This document shows positions 51,405 to 59,061 of a stretch of DNA of 59,061 nucleotides, in pieces. This DNA is from Tubiluchus corallicola. Taxonomy: Eukaryota; Animalia; Priapulida. The notes under the pieces were generated by a model. The model saw only the letters and a program-made list of their open reading frames with translations, ran no database searches and was not told where the DNA came from. Position numbers and translations under genes: made by a program. The DNA is taken from positions 1-59,061 of the forward strand of contig JAQGDQ010001153.1 of assembly GCA_030141605.1 (NCBI GenBank), written 5' to 3'. Position 1 is the stretch's first letter. Each line of letters starts with the position of its first letter.

Positions 51405-51875
51405 ATGATTTGATTGATTTAATATTTTATTTCAAACTTTACAAAGTTCATATACACATCACAAATTAATACAAATAATACAATAAATTATGACACACAA
51501 CAATAACACAAATAACAATTAATGATATAACAAACTACGCCAATGACGTCTAATTACAGAAGTAAAGTTTGCATCGCTGTTTAAAATGTCCTTGCATTTA
51601 AAATTTTCACTCTTATTCAGCCTGACGTATAAACTGTATGCACATTTTCTGTGAATCACATTAAAATAAATAAGCTTAAATCTAGTAGAAATATATCTGG
51701 CGCTCGTATCATATGAAAAGTTAAACAGCTTCCGTGTTGATACATTATATGCAACCTTGAGTTCGCTAAAATTGTAAGAATAAAAATGTCTCCAAGTGGA
51801 CATACAATAAAAAGTAGTGCATTAAGCATTAAACAATTGTCTCTTCACGTTAACTGAACAGTGAGTAAACAATGA
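51405..51875 (-). mobile_element. LINE 3' fragment (ORF2 C-terminus, 3' UTR and tail)
   Basis: VKRQLFNA*CTTFYCMSTWRHF...LKVAYN...RKLF...SA resembles invertebrate non-LTR ORF2 C-termini; AATAAA then (AATC)n tail on the minus strand. Confidence 0.7.
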
Positions 51876-52034
51876 TCCATTTTGCCATAGTTCTTTCCTA
51901 AAGACAGCTTTAAACGTGTTCCAGTTCATTTTAGTCGACTATTGTGTTTATCGTTTCTGGTTTCTATCTTCCGTAATTGATTTGGACACCGAAACGCGTT
52001 CTTCCAGGTGTGTTCTTGCACGCATTCTTAACCT

Positions 52035-53620
52035 TATTTTTTCTTTTAGCTCTTTTATCCCTGAATACTAGTGTCAACCTCTCAACATTCTTTTCTTTGA
52101 GCTCTTTTAACCCTGAATACTAGGTCAACTTCTCAACCTTCTTTTTTTCTTTGAGCTCTTTTAACCCTGAATACTAGTGTCAATTTCTCAACCTTTTTTT
52201 TCTTTTAGCTCTTTTAACCCTGAATACTAGTGTCAACTTCTCAACCTTCTTTTCTTTGAGCTCTTTTAACGCTGAATACTAGTGTCAACTTCTCAACATT
52301 CTTTTTTTCTTTTAGCTCTTTTAACCCTGAATACTAGGTCAACTTCTCAACCTTCTTTTTTTCTTTTAGCTCTTTTAACCCTGAATACTAGTGTCAACCT
52401 CTCAACATTCTTTTCTTTGAGCTCTTTTAACCCTGAATGCTAGTGTCAACTTCTCAACCTTTTTTGTTTGAGCTCTTTTAACCCTGAATACTAGTGCCAA
52501 CTTCTCAACCTTCTTTTTTTCTTTTAGCTCTTTTAACCCTGAATACTAATGTCAACTTCTCAACCTTCTTTTTTTCTTTTAGCTCTTTTAACACTGAATA
52601 CTAATGTCAACTTCTCAACTTTCTTTTTTTCTTTGAGCTCTTTTAACCCTGAATACTAGTGTCAATTTCTCAACCTTTTTTTCTTTGAGCTCTTTTAACC
52701 CTGAATACTAGGTCAACTTCTCAACCTTCTTTTTTTCTTTTAGCTCTTTTAACCCTGAATACTAGTGTCAACCTCTCAACATTCTTTTCTTTGAGCTCTT
52801 TTAACCCTGAATGATAGGGTCAACTTCTCAACCTTTTTTGTTTGAGCTCTTTTAACCCTGAATACTAGTGCCAACTTCTCAACATTTTTTTATTTGAGCT
52901 CTTTTAACCCTGAATACTAGTGTCAATTTCTCAACCTTCTTTTTTTTCTTTTAGCTCTTTTAACCCTGAATACTAATGTCAACTTCTCAACCTTCTTTTT
53001 TTTCTTTTAGCTCTTTTAACACTGAATACCAATGTCAACTTCTCAACCTTCTTTTTTTCTTTTAGCTCTTTTAACCCTGAATACTAGTGTCAGATTCTCA
53101 ACCTTCTTTTTTTCTTTGAGCTCTTTTAACCCTGAATACCAGGTCAACTTCTCAACTTTCTTTTTTTCTTTGAGCTCTTTTAACCCTGAATACTAGTGTC
53201 AATTTCTCAACCTTTTTTTTCTTTTAGCTCTTTTAACCCTGAATACTAGTGTCAGCCTCTCAACATTCTTTTCTTTGAGCTCTTTTAACCCTGAATACTA
53301 GTGTCAACTTCTCAACCTTTTTTGTTTGAGCTCTTTTAACCCTGAATACTAGTGTCAACTTCTCAACCTTTTTTGTTTGAGCTCTTTTAACCCTGAGTAC
53401 TAGTGTCAGCTTCTCAACCTTTTTTGTTTGAGCTCTTTTAACCCTGAATACTAGTGTCAACTTCTCAACCTTTTTTGTTTGAGCTCTTTTAACCCTGAAT
53501 ACTAGTGTCAGCTTCTCAACCTTTTTTGTTTGAGCTCTTTTAAACCTGAATACTAGTGTCAACTTCTCAACCTTCTTTTTTTGTTTGAGCTCTTTTAACC
53601 CTGAATACTAGTGTCAACTT
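52035..53620. repeat. 51-55-bp minisatellite, ~30 copies
   Basis: Unit TTTGAGCTCTTTTAACCCTGAATACTAGTGTCAACTTCTCAACC plus a variable T tract. Confidence 0.97.
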
Positions 53621-54100
53621 TTAAACGTGTTCCACTTCATTTTAGTTGGCTATTGTGTTTATCGTTTCTGGTTTCTATCTAGTGTAATTGATTTGGACAC
53701 TGAAAACCGTTCTTCCTGTGTGTTCTGGCGCGCATTGGTAAAAAACTATGATTTACAATTATAGATTCTTCTCGAGATTTCAAAGTTATAAATTTACTCG
53801 TCGGTTCTTCAGTAAAGACGATTTGTGTTTTTTTGCTGAAATTGATGAACTGTGTCTTATTTGATCAGCTGTTATCTAAGCGGGTGTGTTTCTGCATTTG
53901 CAAATTAAACAGCAAGTTTAAAGTTAATAGGTGTACATGAGATTTTATTGGTAGGCAGGACCTGCCATGGGAACAATATTCAGTGCAATAATTATGCTAA
54001 TCAGTAGCCGTAATGGGTATCTGAACAATGGGAACGTGTTCAAAAAAGGACTTTGTTTTATAGTTAAAACAACACAACTTTATTAAAACTTTTACATTAA

Positions 54101-54536
54101 CCCTTTCATACCCGTTGTATCCCGTGGGATACGAGAATATTTTCTGCCTTTAAAATTAATAAAATTTTAAAACTGATCGTTATTTGATCTGTTAATAGTT
54201 ATTTTGATTTAAGCCAATAACAATAGACTAAAATTGTGATAAAATGGCAAACTAGAAAATGTACATAGCATAAAAAACTGTGCAAGGTACAGTACTTTAG
54301 AGACGACTTTGTACAGATCAGCATAGCATGCATACTAAATGTCTTTAATACTTTAAAAAATCATCAGCAGTTGCAGAATGAAGCACATTTTTTGCTTTTG
54401 TTGTGTTTTTAAAAAAATCGGACTTTGTTTTTTTGCACATGACAAAGAATGTTGTGTATCCAACAGGATGCATTGGGAACAAAAGTTCCAAGCCAAAAAA
54501 TTTTTCTTTTTAAAAAATAATTTGGGACTGAAAGGG
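54101..54536 (-). mobile_element. piggyBac-type MITE, copy 4 (internal segment replaced)
   Basis: TTAA-CCCTTTCA...TGAAAGGG-TTAA; about 54397-54476 does not match the other copies. Confidence 0.88.
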
Positions 54537-55864
54537 TTAAAAAGTTAAAGTTATGCCAAACGTTTTCGTCAGGCTGCTACTTCCATGATCAGTGGTAAAT
54601 TTACAAACATACAACCAGTTTATATAGGCAGAGCTATTATGCACTAATTAAGTAGTTAGCAGAAGCCAAATAGGTAATGAATTTAAGTGCATGTAATACA
54701 AAATGACCTGACTATGTTTTGTTTTAGCAGTCTACCTAATCACCCATTTAAGCAAGTTCCTTCAGTCAAAACTGTTAGTGGCCAAACATGGCCGATGTCA
54801 AAACATCTTCCGTAAGTTTCATTACTTTGAATTTATAAGAGTAATTTGCTTCTTAAAGGAGACCGTTCGTTTAGTTTGGATTGCGCGGAATTGAAATTGA
54901 TGATATTAAATTACAGTAGATCAGAAACTATATTCGTGCATTTTCTTTTACTTGCTTGCACTTCTAAAGCTCTCTGACCTTTGAAACCTTTGACCTTTTA
55001 ATTCAAAACTGAGGACATTTGAATTAAATTTTGATAATAAAAATAATGACTTATCGTCATAATGGCTGCGTCTAACGGTCATTGCGAGAGTTTAAATTCA
55101 CGAGTTTTATACAGCGTTACTGTCGACATGAGCTCAATATGCAAAACGGCAGTACGTAAGTGGTATAAAATTTCAAGACGATTTTTTAAGCTTTATGTAA
55201 GTGGAGGGTTTTCTTGTGCTTCAAAGCTATAATCGTTTCATTATATTTGCTTCCGTTATACGGCAAGCATGTAAAAGAGCTCATTTCTCAAGTTGTTTGT
55301 TTACAACACCCATGTGTGAAGACATGGCAGGCAAGAGATGAGTTTAAGAAATGAAATGACAGAGATAAATGTAAAACGTTCAGCCTATGGACGTCTGTAG
55401 CTTGATAACGAGCGTTTAGTAGTGATTCATGTGTGCAGAGTGCATCTACGACTGGACCTCCATAACAGTTGCTCCCAAGGGAAAGATCTGCTTGGCCATT
55501 CCAGGCATGTTTGCATCTGACGTTGACTGATTTTGCTACGTTTGAAGCTTAATTAGCATTAGCCTGGCTAGCAGTGGTACCAGCTTGCCGTAAACCTACG
55601 AAACTGTACCTGATGAAGCAACTAGTTTCATTCAAACTTGAAAACTTCTAAAATTTTGTTGCTTCAAGCAATTTCCACATACGTACTGCTGTATTTTTCT
55701 TGTTGAAGTATATAATAAGGAACAGAATTTAGTATAGAAGTTTGTGTATATTTGCTGAGGAATTTTACTATTTGATACACTTTTATTGCTATCTTCTGGA
55801 TATTGCAAGTCTTTCAGAATACACATTTTCTCGATTCGTTGAACCTGGTTATAACTTCTCAATC

Positions 55865-56875
55865 TTCTCTTCTTTTTTTCTTTGAGCTGTTTTAACACTG
55901 AATACTAGTGTCAACTTCTTAACCTTCTTTTCTTCTTTGAACTCTTTTAACCCTGAATATTAGTGTCAACTTCTCAACCTTCTTTTTTTCTTTGAGCTCT
56001 TTTAACCCTGAATACTAGTGTCAACTTCTCAACCTTCTTTTTTTCTTTGAGCTCTTTTAACCCTGAATACTAGTGTCAACTTCTTAACCTTCTTTTTTTC
56101 TTTTAGCTCTTTTAACCCTGAATACTAGTGTCAACTTCTCAACCTTCTTTTTTCTTTTAGCTCTTTTAACACTGAATACTAATGTCAACTTCTCAACCGT
56201 CTTTTTTTCTTTGAGCTCTTTTAACCCTGAATACTAGTGTCAACTTCTCAACCTTCTTTTTTTCTTTTAGCTCTTTTAACACTGAATACTAGTGTCAACT
56301 TCTCAACCTTTTTTCTTTGAGCTCTTTTAACCCTGAATATTAGTGTCAACCTCTCAACCGTATTTTTTTCTTTGAGCTCTTTTAACCCTGAATATTAGTG
56401 TCAACTTCTCAACCTTCTTTTTTCTTTGAGCTTTTTTAACCCTGAATATTAGTGTCAACTTCTCAACCTTCTTTTTTTCTTTTAGCTCTTTTAACACTGA
56501 ATACTAATGTCAACTTTTCAACCTTCTTTTTTCTTTTAGCTCTTTTAACCCTGAATACTAGTGTCAACTTCTCAACCTTCTTTGTTTGAGCTCTTTTAAC
56601 CCTGAATACTAGTGTCAACTTCTTAACCTTCTTTTTTTCTTTTAGCTCTTTTAACACTGAATACTAATGTCAACTTCTCAACCGTCTTTTTTCTTTGAGC
56701 TTTTTTAACCCTGAATATTAGTGTCAACTTCTCAACCTTCTTTTTTTCTTTTAGCTCTATTAACCCTGAATACTAGTGTCAACTTCTTAGCCTTTTTTTT
56801 TCTTTGAGCTCTTTTAACCCTGAATACTAGTGTCAACTTCTCAACCTTCTATTTTTCTTTGAGCTCCTTTAACAC
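55865..56875. repeat. Second array of the 51-55-bp minisatellite, ~19 copies
   Basis: Same unit and orientation as 52035-53620. Confidence 0.97.
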
Positions 56876-58102
56876 TTATAACTAGTGTATAACACTGCAT
56901 GCAATGACATCGTAAACTGATGCAAATTCTATAAGACGTGGGCGTTTGAGGATCATTTCATAATCTGCCATGATTAACCGTGTGTCCATATTTAAGTTTC
57001 ATGTAACGCAGTATTTTGTTTATCCCTCGGATCTGCTCAGACTCGCGTATCTGTGAATCCGTCACATTTGTTTACGTTAGCGTTTGAGATGGGTTCCGGA
57101 TTTACCCTCCCGTCCGTTTGCTCCACAGATTCGCATCTGCTTCATCTTCTTCATCAAGTTTGTGTAAAGTTTATTGCAGCTCTTTTTAAACAAAGTTTGC
57201 TCGAGTGTGTGGCTCGTCTGCCGACAGGGTTGTGTTTGTTGCTCTATCGGTTCAAAAGCGCCTGCAAGGGATGAGATATTTGGAGGCTCTAAAATATTTT
57301 CGCAAGCATGATTTTATGAAGTCATAATTTCTTGTAAACCCGATAATATAGTTGCAAAGTGAGTTCAGGGCTTATAAACTCTGTTCTTTTTAATCCGTTT
57401 CCCTTTAAGTCTGTCTCTCTCTCTCTCTCTTTCTTTCTTTCTCTCTGTGTCTCTCTATTTCTCTCTCTCTCTTTCTCTCCGTTTATAGGAGAAATGATGG
57501 CTCGAAATTTTTAACAAACCAGTGGGAAAGAAGATTTTGTTATTGTACCAAAATAGCAAATTTACCACAAGATAGACCTACACCTATGTTAACGCCACTG
57601 CGCTACCACTAACGCATTACGAAAGGCTTATTGAAACAACGGCATTAAACTTACTTTTAAATAGAGGAACTAAATCATTTCGGTATAGAATAGGCGAACA
57701 AAATACAGATTGCTGTCATTGTAATAATGCAACTCCTCAGACACCAGAACACATTATATTTGGCTGTGATTTGGTAGATCACCAACATCGAATAAATTTA
57801 AGACAAGTTCTGCCCTCAGCCAACATAAGCGAGATTTATCTAAAAAGAGACAAAGATGTGTGCCAGGCATATGCAAATATTGTTAGAGATGTTGTGCGGA
57901 AAAAATTGCTATAAAGTAATTCAAATTATATTCACAGAAAAACAGCTACTGAGTTAATCTTTATATAAATTATAGTGTAAACTATGTATATATTTTAAAT
58001 TTATTCTTAATTGGCATTATGTATAATCTTGTCATCATAAATAGTTATATTATAGTGAACGAACCTCTGCGAATAGAGAGAATATTTGTTTAATAAAAGA
58101 CT

Positions 58103-58162
<60 letters not shown>
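58103..58162. repeat. (TAA)n tail after AATAAA, in the palindrome spacer
   Basis: About 19 triplets following a polyadenylation signal; followed by a CT-rich tract. Confidence 0.93.
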
Positions 58163-58390
58163 TTCTTTCCGTTCTCCCTCTTTCCCCCTCTTTCTTTCTT
58201 TCCCCTCTCTCTCTTTCTCTCTCTCTCTCTCACGCTTTTCTTCTCTCTATTCGCAGAGGTTCGTTCACTATAATATAACTATTTATGATGCCAATTAAGA
58301 ATAAATTTAAAATATATACATAGTTTACACTATACTTTATATAACTATTAACTCAATACCTGCTTCTCTGTGAATATAATTTGAATTACT

Positions 58391-58820
58391 TTATAACAAT
58401 TTTTTCCGCACAACATCTCTAACAATATTTACATATGCCTGGCACACATCTTTGTCTCTTTTTAGATAAATCTCGCTTATGTTGGCTGAGGGCAGAACTT
58501 GTCTTAAATTTATTCGAAATTGGTGATCTACCAAATCACAGCCAAATATAATGTGTTCTGGTGTCTGAGGAGTTGCATTATTACAATAACAGCAATCTGT
58601 ATTTTGTTCACCTATTCTATACCGAAATGATTTAGTTCCTCTATTTAAAAGTAAGTTTAATGCAGTTGTTTCAATAAGCCTTTCGTAATGCGTTAGTGGT
58701 AAACACAGTGGCGTTAACATAGGTGTAGGTCTATCTTGTGGTAAATTTGCTATTTTGGTACAATAACAAAATCTTCTTTCCCACTGGTTTGTTAAAAATT
58801 TCGAGCCATCATTTCTCCTA
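58391..58820 (-). mobile_element. Non-LTR retrotransposon ORF2 C-terminal fragment with CCHC knuckle (mirror copy 57489-57913 is frameshifted)
   Basis: QWERRF...FRYRIGEQNTDCCYCNNATPQTPEHIIFGC fits the C-x-C..T..H....C zinc knuckle of LINE ORF2. Confidence 0.75.
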
Positions 58821-59061
58821 TAAACGGAGAGAAAGAGAGAGAGAGAAATAGAGAGACACAGAGAGAAAGAAAGAAAGAGAGAGAGAGAGACAGACTTAAA
58901 GGGAAACGGATTAAAAAGAACAGAGTTTATAAGCCCTGAACTCACTTTGCAACTATATTATCGGGTTTACAAGAAATTATGACTTCATAAAATCATGCTT
59001 GCGAAAATATTTTAGAGCCTCCAAATATCTCATCCCTTGCAGGCGCTTTTGAACCGATAGA

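Larger units (their letters stand above)
57243..59061. repeat. Large inverted repeat: arms 57243-58082 and 58241-59061 (to window end), 158-bp spacer
   Basis: The window end is the reverse complement of TCTATCGGTTCAAAAGCGCCTGCAAGGG at 57243; arms align throughout with scattered substitutions and small indels. Confidence 0.97.

Noticed and set aside
53260-53562. Lysine-rich repeat ORFs here and at 56463-56657, and periodic ORFs at 45466-45906
   Set aside because: Products of in-frame minisatellite units.
55445-55609. Minus-strand exon-like segment with faint calponin-repeat resemblance (FVGLRQAGTTASQA; MPGMAKQI)
   Set aside because: The motifs lie in different frames separated by stops; too weak to call.
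58391-58945. 184-aa ORF as a host gene
   Set aside because: GTG start, N-terminus from a CT microsatellite, C-terminus is a LINE-type CCHC fragment, and the mirror copy is frameshifted.

Overview
AT-rich, repeat-dense eukaryotic DNA, most likely from an invertebrate animal; there is no sign of prokaryotic operons or CRISPR. The only confidently recognisable protein-coding gene is the mitochondrial metalloendopeptidase OMA1 (33865-35145, minus strand, uninterrupted CDS), which appears to have a spliced, uORF-containing leader. Two small orphan secreted-protein genes are inferred on the plus strand. One is a neuropeptide-precursor-like ORF (F-x-P-R-S-x-D motif twice, KR/RKR sites) whose apparent signal-peptide region is split by a ~2 kb 40-bp minisatellite (6307-8634). 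The other is a two-exon, 94-aa acidic, cysteine-containing protein (17392-18632). The rest is mostly repeats: a 5S-rRNA-headed SINE, a tRNA-headed MetaSINE-like element, LINE fragments, many MITEs (piggyBac-, hAT-, Tc1/pogo- and Kolobok-like), several minisatellites (two arrays built from a hAT end plus its target-site duplication), a ~375-bp foldback, and a palindrome of at least 1.8 kb running off the right edge. All calls were made by eye; no searches were run.
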